Shown: positions 46,711 through 56,763 of the stretch, in pieces
Layout: every line of letters begins with the position of its first letter
How positions within the stretch are numbered: the stretch's first letter is position 1
NCBI GenBank assembly: GCA_027319565.1
Contig: DAHVNA010000001.1
Location: 107,526 to 171,525, forward strand
DNA from: Elusimicrobiota bacterium
GTDB lineage: Bacteria > Elusimicrobiota > Elusimicrobia > UBA1565 > UBA9628
DNA: 64,000 bases
Direction of reading: 5' to 3'
Made by a program: the position numbers and the translations under genes
The notes under the pieces: model-generated
Database searches by the model: none
What the model saw: only the letters and a program-made list of their open reading frames with translations
What the model was told of the DNA's origin: nothing

Positions 46711-49700
46711 TTGAAAGGAGGGGCTTTGGGCTTGCTTTGGTCGTTATTTTTGTGGGGGAATCAGCTTTGTTTTCCCCAGGCTGCGGCAATCCCGCCGGAG
46801 ATGACTCTCAACACCCAAGCTCAACAGCTTTATCTCTCCGCGGGAAATTTTTTTCAAACCCAAGATTACGCCCATGCCGCCGATCAATACCAAGAATTCT
46901 TAAAACGCGATCGCGATCAACCCGATCGTCTTGAGGCCCAGATGATGCTGGCGGAAAGCCTTTACCGGCAAGGCATTGCGCAATTGTCTTTGTCTCCTAA
47001 GCGCGCGGCAAAGATTTTTAAGCAGGCGAAAAAGGCTTATAAGAAAGTGTCTCGGGACTCTCCAAGCGGGGACTATCTGGCGGAGAGCGCGCGGTTTCGA
47101 ATCGGGGAAATGGCCTTTAACCTTGGCCAATATGACGAGGCCGTTTCGGATATGGAAAGTTTGGTTTCCGATTACCCTCTAGGCACGTTGAGAGGCGAAG
47201 CCCGGTTGCTTGAGGCCGAGGCCTTGATGTCTCAAAAACAGTTCTCAAAGGCGGAGAACTTGCTGGATGAGGCTTTAAAAGAACAACCCTCTTATGCCGA
47301 TAATCCGAGACTCAAATTAGTGCGCGGGATCGCTCTTTTTGAAACGGGAAATCCTGCCGCTGCTCTGGCGTCTCTGAGCGGGCTTCAATCTCCGCTCGCG
47401 CTTTTATATTCCGCTCGAGCCAACATGAATCTGGAAAAGCCTTTAATCGCGGTTGAGAACCTTAAGACCCTGATCGCGGATTATCCTGAAGACCCGGAAG
47501 TTGAAATGAGCCGTTATCTGGTGGGGGAGGCTTTTTTCGAGGCCAGAGACTACACCTCGGCAGCCCAGGTCTTTAACCAGTTTCTGATGGATTATCCGCG
47601 TAGCTCTTTGCGCGGGGCGGCGACTTATAAAATGGGCTTATGCAGTTATAACCTTAAAGATTATATGGCGGCGCGCGGAGACTTTGAGTCGGTTGAACAA
47701 ATGAGTCCGCCTGGAGAATTCGCCGAGCCGAGCCTCTACATGATGGGCGAATCTTTTCTAAAGGAAGGAAACTATACCAAAGCCGGTTTTGATTATTCCG
47801 ATTTATCCTCCGCTTATTCCAATCGCTTGGCCGGAACCGCTCAATTTAAGCTGGCTTGGACCCAATATAAGCGGCAGGAATATCCGGAGGCCCATGTCAC
47901 GCTCAATTCGTTCATTGTCCGCTATTCATCGCATCCATTAGTTCCAGCGGCGGCGTATCTCAATGGAAATACTTTAGGAAGCGAGGGTAAATATCGCCAG
48001 GCGGCTCACGCCTATCAACAATCCTTAGACTTGGCGGCTTCCAATCTCTATCCCTATCGGAGTTTAATTTTAAACCCGGCCTTGGCCATGCTTAGCCGCT
48101 CCTATTTGGAAGCCGGAGAATACGGCCATTTGATCTCCGGTTATCAATACGTCCTTAAGGAAAATGCCCCCACCCAGGATCCTTGGCGCGCGGCCGCTCT
48201 CCTTTATATAGCGGAGGGATATTACCGGCAGGGGCTTTATGATCAGTCTCTTTCGATTTACAAGGAAATCATCCATTCCTATCCTGCGACTCCGGAATCC
48301 ATTGTCGCAAAGGATGGAATCAGTTGGTGTCTTTTTAAACAAGGGCATTTTTCTCAATCTTATCAGAAGCGCGTTGAACTGGAGGCCTTGAAGAACGCGC
48401 CGGCGATTGCCCCGTCTAAGACCGTTGTCGTCAATGAAAATCCGGGCGCCGATTTGTTTTTAAACAACCAGTATGCCGAGGCGGTCACTCTTTTTAATCA
48501 GAAAAAATATGCCGACGCCTTGGACGCCTTTGAGCGGTTTGAAAAAGATTACGCCCAGGACCCGCGCGCGGCCGATGCCGCTTTGGAAGAGGGTTGGTGC
48601 TATTACCGCCTCAATTATTACGGTGACGCCGTTAAAACCTGGGAAAGGGTGGAAGCGAGTTATTCGTCTTCTGAAGCCGCCAAATCCGCGGCCTGGGCCA
48701 CGGCCGACACTTATTTTAGAGCCGCTCAATACGACAAAGCCGTGGCGGCCTATCAACATATACTCCAAACCTATCCGGATGACGCCGCTTCTTCATATGC
48801 CCGGCTTCGCATCGCCCAAAGTTATTACAACGCGAAAAATATTCCCCAGGCCATCTCTGCGTTTGAGGATGTTTTGAATAATTCTCCTGGAGACAAGGAG
48901 GGTCAACAGGTTCTGGATTATTTAACGCAGATGCTTTATCAGCCCGAATCTAAAGACGCGGCCTTAAAGGCTCTTCAATCTTTGGCGAGCTCCCAATCTT
49001 CGAACTCTTTTGGAGCGAGAGCGGAACTGGGTTTGGGGCTTTATTTTTTCGAGACGGGAGATTATACCAGCGCGGTTCAAAACTTAGAGGAAGCGATCCC
49101 CAACCTTTCGCGGGACAAAGATATTCGCGACGCCCAGTATGATTTGGCCCAATCTTATTACGCCTTAAAGCGCTATGAGGATGCGGAAAGGGCTTATCAG
49201 CGCTTTACGGAAAACTATCCTGACGATTCGCGTCTGAGAGCGGCTTTGTTTCGCATGGGAACCTCGGCGTTCAATTTAAAGGATTTCGAAAGAGCGGCCG
49301 CGGCTTTCCATCAGTTGGCGGCGCAGTATCCAAAGTCTCATTACGCCGCCTTGGCCCTCTACAACTCTTCCTTGGCCTATCGAAAATTGGGCGATTGGGA
49401 ATCGGCGGCCTTGGCCTTGAAAAATTATATCGCTCTTTATCCGCAGCAGGCTCAAAAATCAAGCGCGCCATCGGAACTGGCTTCCGTTTACGAGGAACAA
49501 CGAGACTATGGAAAAGCGATTAAGCAGCTGGAGTCCGAAAAGAGCTCTCTTAAAAGCGATGACCCTGTTTTCCTAGAGACCAGTCTTGAGATCGCCAAGG
49601 ATTACGCGGCGATGGGAGATGATGCCGATTCTCTGAAAGAATACCAAGCCATCGAGGCTAGCCCGCTTAAGAGTAATCCCTACCGTTTAAACGCCTTGGC

Positions 49701-49917
49701 CGATTTGGGCCGCTTCTATGAAGATAAAAAAGAGTGGAGCCTTGCGGCAAAGACCTATGAGGAGTTGTCTTTGAGCACCAACGATCCCAGTTGGCGCGAT
49801 CCCGCCAAAGCTCGCGCAGAAGCGGATCGCGAAAAAGTTTCCAAGACCGTTTCGGCTGATTCCAATCAGAATCAAGTTCAGAATTCTTCCGCGCCGGCGG
49901 GAGGAGGGGCGCAATGA
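46711..49917 (+). CDS. Large exported all-TPR protein (1068 aa; CpoB/BamD-like repeats)
   Basis: Signal-like N-terminus; many A-x-Y-x-L/M-G/A...Y-x-x-A...YP repeats along the full length. Confidence 0.9.
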   Translation: MKGGALGLLWSLFLWGNQLCFPQAAAIPPEMTLNTQAQQLYLSAGNFFQTQDYAHAADQYQEFLKRDRDQPDRLEAQMMLAESLYRQGIAQLSLSPKRAAKIFKQAKKAYKKVSRDSPSGDYLAESARFRIGEMAFNLGQYDEAVSDMESLVSDYPLGTLRGEARLLEAEALMSQKQFSKAENLLDEALKEQPSYADNPRLKLVRGIALFETGNPAAALASLSGLQSPLALLYSARANMNLEKPLIAVENLKTLIADYPEDPEVEMSRYLVGEAFFEARDYTSAAQVFNQFLMDYPRSSLRGAATYKMGLCSYNLKDYMAARGDFESVEQMSPPGEFAEPSLYMMGESFLKEGNYTKAGFDYSDLSSAYSNRLAGTAQFKLAWTQYKRQEYPEAHVTLNSFIVRYSSHPLVPAAAYLNGNTLGSEGKYRQAAHAYQQSLDLAASNLYPYRSLILNPALAMLSRSYLEAGEYGHLISGYQYVLKENAPTQDPWRAAALLYIAEGYYRQGLYDQSLSIYKEIIHSYPATPESIVAKDGISWCLFKQGHFSQSYQKRVELEALKNAPAIAPSKTVVVNENPGADLFLNNQYAEAVTLFNQKKYADALDAFERFEKDYAQDPRAADAALEEGWCYYRLNYYGDAVKTWERVEASYSSSEAAKSAAWATADTYFRAAQYDKAVAAYQHILQTYPDDAASSYARLRIAQSYYNAKNIPQAISAFEDVLNNSPGDKEGQQVLDYLTQMLYQPESKDAALKALQSLASSQSSNSFGARAELGLGLYFFETGDYTSAVQNLEEAIPNLSRDKDIRDAQYDLAQSYYALKRYEDAERAYQRFTENYPDDSRLRAALFRMGTSAFNLKDFERAAAAFHQLAAQYPKSHYAALALYNSSLAYRKLGDWESAALALKNYIALYPQQAQKSSAPSELASVYEEQRDYGKAIKQLESEKSSLKSDDPVFLETSLEIAKDYAAMGDDADSLKEYQAIEASPLKSNPYRLNALADLGRFYEDKKEWSLAAKTYEELSLSTNDPSWRDPAKARAEADREKVSKTVSADSNQNQVQNSSAPAGGGAQ

Positions 49918-52900
49918 TGAATGGACGGAATTTTATTTCTAGTGGAGTGGTTCATAAATCCATTTACAATCCGTCACCCCGGCAGGTCTTAAGCCGGGGT
50001 CCAGCCTCTTTGTGGGTTTGGATTCCGGCAACAGCCGGAATGACGAAAATGCAAAATGTAAGCAAGAATTGGAGACTCTACGCTAGGGGAAAATGGCTTG
50101 CCATTTTCTTCTTCTTGATCGCCTTTTTATGGCCAAGGAATCTTCATGCCAAATCATCTCCATTAGAGCCCCCCAGCCTGATTTTTTCGCCCGCTGGAAA
50201 CGGATCTCGAAAAACTCTTTCTTTTGTCGTTAATCTGCCGGAGACCGCCGAAGTCTCTAGCTGGCGTTTTGAGATTCGAGAGAAGGGAAACAAAGACCTT
50301 CCCGGCGCCCTTGTCAAAGCATTTTCCGGTGATGGACGCCCGCCTCAAAAGATTGTCTGGGATGGAAAAGACACCCAAAACCGGGTGGTCGAGGATGGAA
50401 CTTATTATTATTCGTTGAGCCTTCAGACCCCGGCTGGAAATCAAGCCGCGATTCGCCTTTCTCCGGTGATTGTCGACCGCGTTCCTCCCACTATTTCGGC
50501 CAAGGTCCATCCCAGAATTTTTTCTCCCAACGGTCTTAAGCCGGAGACCGTTTTTACTTTGAAAGCTTCCGATCAGTACGGAATTTATGAATGGCTGCTT
50601 GAAATTAAAGGTTCCGATGGGGTGCCGGTCAAGTCTTGGATGGGAAAAGGGCGTCCGCCCGCGGCCGTGCGTTGGGATGGGAGAGGAGATTTTAATGAAG
50701 ACGTGCCGAACGGGACCTATACCTTTCAGCTCACGGTTGAGAACCTGGCTTCAAATCGCGCGGTCACGCCGCCCCAGACGGTGACGGTTAAAAGGCAAGG
50801 CGTGGTTTCAACCGTGGGAGTGACTCCGGACGTTTTTTCCCCGCATAAAGAGAAACCGATCGCGAGTTTTGATATTACCGGCGGCGATCCTTCCTCGGTT
50901 GAGCGTTGGGAGCTCAAAATTATCAACCAAGCCGGCAGGCCCGTCTTTTCTTTCAAAGGCAATGGGGCTCCACCCGCGCGTCTTGACTGGAATGGGGATA
51001 TTTCTAAGGATAAGACCGCGCCTGACGGGGCTTATCAAGTTATCTTATATGAGACCGACAATGCCGGGAACACCGCCGCTTCCGCTCCGGAACCCCTCTA
51101 TGTCGATACAAAGCCGCCTCTTTTGGAAGCGCGCCTGGAGCCGGATTTGTTGAGTCCGGGAAAACAGCGCGAAAATTCCCAAGGGATTTTTAAATTGCGC
51201 GCTGAGAGCCGATATCCGTTTAAATGGGCCCTTAAAATTTATACCGATGTCGGAGAACCGGTCAGAACTTGGAGCGGGAAAATGGGGTCAAGAGTCCCGA
51301 ACCAAATTTTGTGGCACGGCAATAACGACTCCGGGCAGATTGTCACCGACGGGACCTATTCTTATTCCCTTTGGGCTTCTGATATCGCCGGAAATGAAGG
51401 GGAAACTCCGCGGCAAAAATTCGTGGTGAACACGACTCCCCCGGCTCTGTCTGTTTCAGCGGATCATGCCCTTTTTTCTCCCAATGGCGACCCCACTCTG
51501 AGCCACGTCGTTTTTAGTTTGAGCGCCCAGGATGCCAGTCCCTTCGCGAGCTGGGCTCTTTTGATTAACGATTCAAGCGGCAATCTTGTTCGCGAATTCA
51601 CCGGATCTCCGCTCAATATTCCGGAGAGCGTCTCATGGAACGGGAAAAGCAAAGACCGCGAACCGCTTCCGGACGGGACCTACTCCTATGCGCTCGAGGC
51701 GAAAGATATCGCGGGAAATTCCGCCAAGACTAGTCCCCAAAATATCGTTATTGGAGCGACCAAGCCCATTCCTCGGGTGTCTTCTTCTCTGGACGCTATC
51801 TCGCCCAATGCCGATGGATTTAAAGACACGACCGATTTCCATTTGAGCGTCAAATCCTTCAATCCGGTTGAAAAATGGTTTCTTAGGATTTTTGATGAAG
51901 ACAAGGTCGCGCGCCGGACCTTTGAAGGGCAGGGAGACGTTCCCGGAACCATCCAATGGGGCGGCGAGGGAGACGATCAAAAAACGCTTCCGGACGGGAG
52001 ATATTCTTATCAGCTGGAAGTGGTCGACGCCGCCGGAAACACCAGCAAGACCCGCCTTAAATCTATTTTGATCAACACAACGCCGCCCACAATTAAAATT
52101 ACCGCCGACCCTGCTCTTTTTTCGCCGAAACCGACGGCGCCTCATTTTAGCTCTTCGACCATGTTTGTCCTAGGCTATCAAGATGTCAGCCCGGTCATGA
52201 GATGGAAAGTGATCATTCAGGACCCGATGAAAAATAATGTTCGCGTTTTTTCCGGAAATTCTTCTTTTCCGCGGTCAATTTCCTGGTATGGGCGTTCCAG
52301 CTCCAGAAAGATTTTACCGGACGGGCCCTACACCTATACTCTTTTCGCGGAAGATGATGTTGGCAATAAGTCGACCACCTCCGAGCAGATTTTGCGCTTG
52401 GACGGCTCTTCTCCCCAGGTGAGTTTGAGAGCGGACCCCACGCTTTTTTCGCCCGGGACGGGCTCTCAGAAAAACGAGACGACTCTATTGTTGGGATATA
52501 AGGCCAAGGCCGACATCTCTAAATGGAAATTGTCCATTGACTTAAAAAAGGGAGAAGTCGCGCGCGTTTTCTCGGGCCTTGGGCGTCCGCCGCAAAATAT
52601 CCCATGGGACGGGAAAAACGCCTACGGGCGCATTCTTCCCGATGGGACTTACGACGCGTTTTTGAAAGTCATTGACGAAGTCGGCAACGAGGGGCTTAGC
52701 CCCGCCGCTAAAATCACGATCGACACCTCAAAACCAGTCGCCACTGTCGTCGCCCAAACCGAGCAGTTGGAAGACCTAAGCGTTCCTCTGACCGTTACGA
52801 AAGACGCGGACAAGGATATCGTTATTTCCTTGGCCAGCGAGGTCCTTTTTGATAGCGGCAAGTCGACTTTAAAAGATGCGGCCGACAATACCCTTTTAAG

Positions 52901-53213
52901 AGCCGCCTATCTTATTAAGCGTTATCCCCATCGCGCCGTTTTAATTAATGGGTATACCGACAATGTGCCAATCCATGACGCGTCGTTTAAAAACAACCAA
53001 CAGCTTTCAAAAGCGCGGGCCGAGGCCGTAATGAAGTTCTTGGCCTTTAAGGCGAATATTCCCGCCTCTCGGATGAAAGCCCAGGGCTTTGGGGATAAAA
53101 ATCCTATCGCCTCTAACGACGATCCCGAGGGCCGGCAAAAGAACCGCCGCGTGGAAATTGTTTTGACCAGCAATACCCATCGATCTCATGCGACTAAGGA
53201 GGAGAATCAATGA
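49914..53213 (+). CDS. Exported protein with eight tandem FlgD/CHU_C-like Ig modules and a C-terminal OmpA/MotB peptidoglycan-binding domain
   Basis: 8 units of about 105 aa with FSP...W-x-L-x-I...G...W-x-G...DG-x-Y...GN; C-terminal VLFDSGK...GYTDNVP...LSKARA...NRRVEI; ATGA coupling with the TPR gene. Confidence 0.9.
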   Translation: MMNGRNFISSGVVHKSIYNPSPRQVLSRGPASLWVWIPATAGMTKMQNVSKNWRLYARGKWLAIFFFLIAFLWPRNLHAKSSPLEPPSLIFSPAGNGSRKTLSFVVNLPETAEVSSWRFEIREKGNKDLPGALVKAFSGDGRPPQKIVWDGKDTQNRVVEDGTYYYSLSLQTPAGNQAAIRLSPVIVDRVPPTISAKVHPRIFSPNGLKPETVFTLKASDQYGIYEWLLEIKGSDGVPVKSWMGKGRPPAAVRWDGRGDFNEDVPNGTYTFQLTVENLASNRAVTPPQTVTVKRQGVVSTVGVTPDVFSPHKEKPIASFDITGGDPSSVERWELKIINQAGRPVFSFKGNGAPPARLDWNGDISKDKTAPDGAYQVILYETDNAGNTAASAPEPLYVDTKPPLLEARLEPDLLSPGKQRENSQGIFKLRAESRYPFKWALKIYTDVGEPVRTWSGKMGSRVPNQILWHGNNDSGQIVTDGTYSYSLWASDIAGNEGETPRQKFVVNTTPPALSVSADHALFSPNGDPTLSHVVFSLSAQDASPFASWALLINDSSGNLVREFTGSPLNIPESVSWNGKSKDREPLPDGTYSYALEAKDIAGNSAKTSPQNIVIGATKPIPRVSSSLDAISPNADGFKDTTDFHLSVKSFNPVEKWFLRIFDEDKVARRTFEGQGDVPGTIQWGGEGDDQKTLPDGRYSYQLEVVDAAGNTSKTRLKSILINTTPPTIKITADPALFSPKPTAPHFSSSTMFVLGYQDVSPVMRWKVIIQDPMKNNVRVFSGNSSFPRSISWYGRSSSRKILPDGPYTYTLFAEDDVGNKSTTSEQILRLDGSSPQVSLRADPTLFSPGTGSQKNETTLLLGYKAKADISKWKLSIDLKKGEVARVFSGLGRPPQNIPWDGKNAYGRILPDGTYDAFLKVIDEVGNEGLSPAAKITIDTSKPVATVVAQTEQLEDLSVPLTVTKDADKDIVISLASEVLFDSGKSTLKDAADNTLLRAAYLIKRYPHRAVLINGYTDNVPIHDASFKNNQQLSKARAEAVMKFLAFKANIPASRMKAQGFGDKNPIASNDDPEGRQKNRRVEIVLTSNTHRSHATKEENQ
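49939..50086. mobile_element. 144-bp CTAG-bounded palindromic insertion (MITE/REP-like) in the signal-peptide coding region
   Basis: CTAG at 49939 and 50083; core CGTCACCCCGGCAGGTCTTAAGCCGGGGTCCAG...TGGATTCCGGCAACAGCCGGAATGACG (49972-50045) matches the reverse complement of 24641-24717. Confidence 0.75.
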
Positions 53214-53824
53214 TTCATATTAATTTTTTGGAAATTCTAAAAACGAGTTTTACCCTGGTCATATTGCTTTTTTGCTCCTTGGTGACCATGACTTTCGCCA
53301 TTGAGAGATGGTGGTATTACCGCTCGGTCAGAATCGACGTCGAAAAATTCATGACGGCAATCAAAGAATTTTTGGAGGCCCACAAACACGCGGAAGCCCT
53401 CAATCTCGCGTCGAATTCTCCGGGGCCTGTCGCGGCAATAGTCCGCATCGCCCTTTTAAATCGCAGTCGCCCTAAAAGCGAGGCCGCCGCCCTTTTAAGC
53501 GCCGCGCAGATTGATGAAAGGGGAAAACTGGAGCGTTATCTCGGCATTTTGGGAACCATGGGAAATACCGCGCCGTTTATTGGCCTCTTTGGAACCGTGG
53601 TGGGAATTATTAAGGCTTTTCATGATTTGGCTCTTTCCGGATCGGGAGGGCCTTCGGTCGTCGCTGCGGGAATCGCGGAAGCGCTGGTGGCGACGGCCAG
53701 CGGGCTTGCGGTCGCTATTCCATCGGCGATGCTCTATAACTATTTTGTCAAAAAGGTCAAGGATATCGCTTCTGACATGGAAGCTTCCTCGATTCGGATT
53801 CTAGTTTATTTGGGGCTTAGCTGA
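53210..53824 (+). CDS. MotA/TolQ/ExbB proton channel protein
   Basis: LGTMGNTAPFIGLFGTVVGIIKAF; AGIAEALVATASGLAVAIP. Confidence 0.95.
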   Translation: MIHINFLEILKTSFTLVILLFCSLVTMTFAIERWWYYRSVRIDVEKFMTAIKEFLEAHKHAEALNLASNSPGPVAAIVRIALLNRSRPKSEAAALLSAAQIDERGKLERYLGILGTMGNTAPFIGLFGTVVGIIKAFHDLALSGSGGPSVVAAGIAEALVATASGLAVAIPSAMLYNYFVKKVKDIASDMEASSIRILVYLGLS

Positions 53825-54240
53825 TGCAGACCGGTTCTTCAAACAACTCGATTATCACCGACATCAATGTAACTCCCTTGGTCGACGTCTGCTTGGTTTT
53901 AGTGATTATTTTCATGGTGGTAGCGCCGCTGGCGATGCAGGCTTCCATTGAAGTCGCTTCTACCCGGGTCGGAGCGCCCAAAGCTCGGGCGGCTTTGACC
54001 AAGAATGTCGACGTGGTTTTGGACGCGCGGGGAACGGTCACGATTAATGGAACTCCGGTGGCTTGGGAGAATCTGCCCCAGGCGTTGAGAAAGGCGATTT
54101 CCCGTAGCCAGGATCGCTTGGTCGGGCTTAAGGCTTCTCCCAAGGCGCCTTTAGGCAAGGTGGTTGAGATTTTAGATGATTCCAAACAGAACGGCGCTAA
54201 AAAAGTAGCCTTGATCAATCCCAAAGAAGGAGGAAGTTGA
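53824..54240 (+). CDS. ExbD/TolR family protein 1
   Basis: DINVTPLVDVCLVLVIIFMV (essential TM Asp present). Confidence 0.93.
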   Translation: MQTGSSNNSIITDINVTPLVDVCLVLVIIFMVVAPLAMQASIEVASTRVGAPKARAALTKNVDVVLDARGTVTINGTPVAWENLPQALRKAISRSQDRLVGLKASPKAPLGKVVEILDDSKQNGAKKVALINPKEGGS

Positions 54241-54659
54241 TGGCGATAGGGCAAGGAAAGTCGGGCGAGCCGATTACCTCGATTAACATCACGCCCTTAG
54301 TGGATGTCAGCCTTGTTTTGGTCATTATTTTTATGGTCGCCGCGCCGCTTTTAACACAGCCGATTTTGCCGGTTCAGCTTCCTAAAGCCGTGACGGATGA
54401 GGGAAAGGAAAGAGAAAATATCACGATTACGATTACCAAGGACGGCCAATGGGCGCTCAATGCCGATCCGACGACTCCTGAAACTCTTCCCTCGGTTTTG
54501 CCCTCGCTTTTGGCGAAAAATAAAGATAAATACGTGATCATCCGGGCGGATGCCGATTCTCCCTATTCCTACACTTTGGAAGCGCTTAAAATCGCGAAAG
54601 CGGCCGGGGCCAAGGATTATGCGGTGGCGACAGTCGAGAAAAAGAGAGTATCTCCGTGA
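54240..54659 (+). CDS. ExbD/TolR family protein 2
   Basis: SINITPLVDVSLVLVIIFMV; VQLPKA; IIRADAD. Confidence 0.93.
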   Translation: MAIGQGKSGEPITSINITPLVDVSLVLVIIFMVAAPLLTQPILPVQLPKAVTDEGKERENITITITKDGQWALNADPTTPETLPSVLPSLLAKNKDKYVIIRADADSPYSYTLEALKIAKAAGAKDYAVATVEKKRVSP

Positions 54660-55777
54660 GTAAGGATGCGACTAGGCTTGAGACTTCGGCGGGTTTAGCC
54701 GCCGCTATTCATGCTTCCCTTTTCGGGCTCTATCTTTTGCTCAAAGCAACCGCGCCTACCGAAGAGATGGTGAAGCTAACCCGGGTTGATTTTATCGATG
54801 AAATTCCCCAAGCCGCGCCTACTACTTCTGCCAATCCCGGTCGGCTTGAACGCGCGCCCAAAAGCTTCAAGGATTTTCTTCATATGGCCCTTCCCTCGTT
54901 TCACGCTCCAAGCCCGCCCCAAGCCAAGTTGGAAGAAATGCAAACCAGCCCCGCTTTAAACTCGCCCAAAGAGACTTTGCCTTCTCCCCGTATCACGCTT
55001 AAAACCAGCGCTAATTCCGTTCATATGAATTTTCGCTTTGCGCCCGCTCATTTAAAATCGGCGGATTCGCATTTGTCGGATATCTCTTCCCCGCAAGCAG
55101 TTCCACAAGAAACGCCCCAAGACATGCCAAATTCAAAGCCGATTGCGTTAGAGGCGGTTGGAAAGGTCAAGGTTTCAGGGCAAATTCATTTTAATCAAGC
55201 GGCGCATTTTAAGAGTTCGGATCAAATACGAGATTTGCCTCAGGAAAATTTGGCGGCCTCGGGACCCGCGGCGCTGGAAGATTCTCAGCCCGGGGCGATT
55301 CAATTAAATTCCAGCTATCACGCGGCAAGCAGATCCGCCTTGCCTTCCGGCGGAGACTTGCCCATCGGCTATGATAAAGGAATTTCCTTGAAAGAGGGGG
55401 CGGTTCATCCCGCGGGAGCGAATTTGCCGCAAGCTTCTCTTGCGCCTGCCGCGACAAAACCGGGCAAGCTTAAAAGCGTCAATCATAAAGGCATGGAGAT
55501 TAGCGGTCCCTTGGCGGACCGGAAGATTTTAAAAGCGGCGGCGCCGCGCTATCCCAATTGGGCGAAAAGCCAAGGAGTGGAAGCCGATGTCATCGTCCGT
55601 TTTTATGTTTCGCCCGAGGGGCGGGTTTTAGACCGAATGATTATCGAAAGGACCTCGGGATACCAAAGGCTTGATGAACTGTGCAAAAAAACTCTCAAGA
55701 AAATGCTTTTTGCCCCGCTTGAAAAAGGCGATCAGGTCGAATGGGGGTATATCACCTTTCATTTCAAATTAAAATGA
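54656..55777 (+). CDS. TonB-family energy transducer
   Basis: TM helix with His (AAAIHASLF); long Pro/Ala/Ser linker; PRYPNWAKSQGVEADVIVRFYVSPEGRV...SG...LD (TonB_C). Confidence 0.88.
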   Translation: MSKDATRLETSAGLAAAIHASLFGLYLLLKATAPTEEMVKLTRVDFIDEIPQAAPTTSANPGRLERAPKSFKDFLHMALPSFHAPSPPQAKLEEMQTSPALNSPKETLPSPRITLKTSANSVHMNFRFAPAHLKSADSHLSDISSPQAVPQETPQDMPNSKPIALEAVGKVKVSGQIHFNQAAHFKSSDQIRDLPQENLAASGPAALEDSQPGAIQLNSSYHAASRSALPSGGDLPIGYDKGISLKEGAVHPAGANLPQASLAPAATKPGKLKSVNHKGMEISGPLADRKILKAAAPRYPNWAKSQGVEADVIVRFYVSPEGRVLDRMIIERTSGYQRLDELCKKTLKKMLFAPLEKGDQVEWGYITFHFKLK

Positions 55778-55786
55778 GATAAAGCC

Positions 55787-56386
55787 ATGGCTCAAGAAAG
55801 CTCGCAATTGACCTTAAACCGCCGAAGGCGCTATTTTATCGATACGGAAATTCAATTGCCGCTGACCCTGGGTCTTATTTTTATCGCGACGGTTGAGGGA
55901 GTTTTCGTGGGATGGGGGCTCAGCCGGATTATTCATCTTGCCTTTGATTGGCAGAATGCTCGCCAGATTTTAGAATTCTTCGCTTTTCTTGTCATGACTT
56001 TCTTGCCGATGGTCCTCATTAATTTTTGGCTGAGCGCATGGTTTACCCATCGGATGATTGGGCCGCTCTCAAGGGCGCGCAAAGCGCTGTCTTCCGTTGT
56101 AGAGGGAAATTTGGAATGCGAGATTATTCCCAGGGAAGGCGACTTTCTCCGCCATTATCTGGAAGACGTCAACTCGGCCGTGCGGACCTTAAAACGCCTC
56201 ATTTACCGAGATCATCAATACGTTCAGGAAACAGTCGAACTCTTAAACCAGTGCCGCGATAAAATCGAGAGTAGCGGCCTTCCCAGCGAGGCGAAAAACG
56301 ATCTTCAAAAACTCATTTCCCAAGCCAAAAGCCGCCTGAGTATTGTCAATGTCCATTTCGTGCGTCACCGAGGGGATAAGACATGA
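55787..56386 (+). CDS. Two-TM HAMP-domain protein without an output domain
   Basis: RRRYFID...two TMs...THRMIGPL...GNL...REGD. Confidence 0.75.
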   Translation: MAQESSQLTLNRRRRYFIDTEIQLPLTLGLIFIATVEGVFVGWGLSRIIHLAFDWQNARQILEFFAFLVMTFLPMVLINFWLSAWFTHRMIGPLSRARKALSSVVEGNLECEIIPREGDFLRHYLEDVNSAVRTLKRLIYRDHQYVQETVELLNQCRDKIESSGLPSEAKNDLQKLISQAKSRLSIVNVHFVRHRGDKT

Positions 56387-56763
56387 AAAAAACAGATGAA
56401 GCGGTCTTGATCGTAGATGATGACGATGGCATGCGGGAGTTGGCCGAAGTGATGTGTAAGCAGATGAAGCTTAAAACTTTCTCCGCTTCGGACACCGTCG
56501 CCGCCCGGCGCTATCTTGAAGAAAATATCCCGCGCTTGATTCTTCTCGACATCATGATGCCGGACGGAAACGGCATCGAGTTTTGTCAGTGGATGCGTTC
56601 GCAAGAGGAGTTTAAAAATGTTTCAATTATCGTAACAAGCGCTTTAAAAGAAGAAGAAACGATTCAAGACGCTTTTAAAGTCGGCGCCAATGACTTTTTG
56701 TCAAAGCCCTTCGAGGTGGTGATTTTTATGGAGAAACTGGGACGTTGGATTAAAGATAAATGA
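56383..56763 (+). CDS. Single-domain (CheY-like) response regulator
   Basis: LIVDDD, LLDIMMPDGNG, TSA, GANDFLSKPF. Confidence 0.92.
   Translation: MKKTDEAVLIVDDDDGMRELAEVMCKQMKLKTFSASDTVAARRYLEENIPRLILLDIMMPDGNGIEFCQWMRSQEEFKNVSIIVTSALKEEETIQDAFKVGANDFLSKPFEVVIFMEKLGRWIKDK

Noticed and set aside
46671..46934. 87-aa ORF overlapping the start of the TPR gene
   Set aside because: Alternative-frame shadow with no recognisable features
53210..55777. Canonical Tol-Pal or flagellar MotAB locus
   Set aside because: No tolB, pal or flagellar genes; two ExbD/TolR proteins and a TonB_C domain instead
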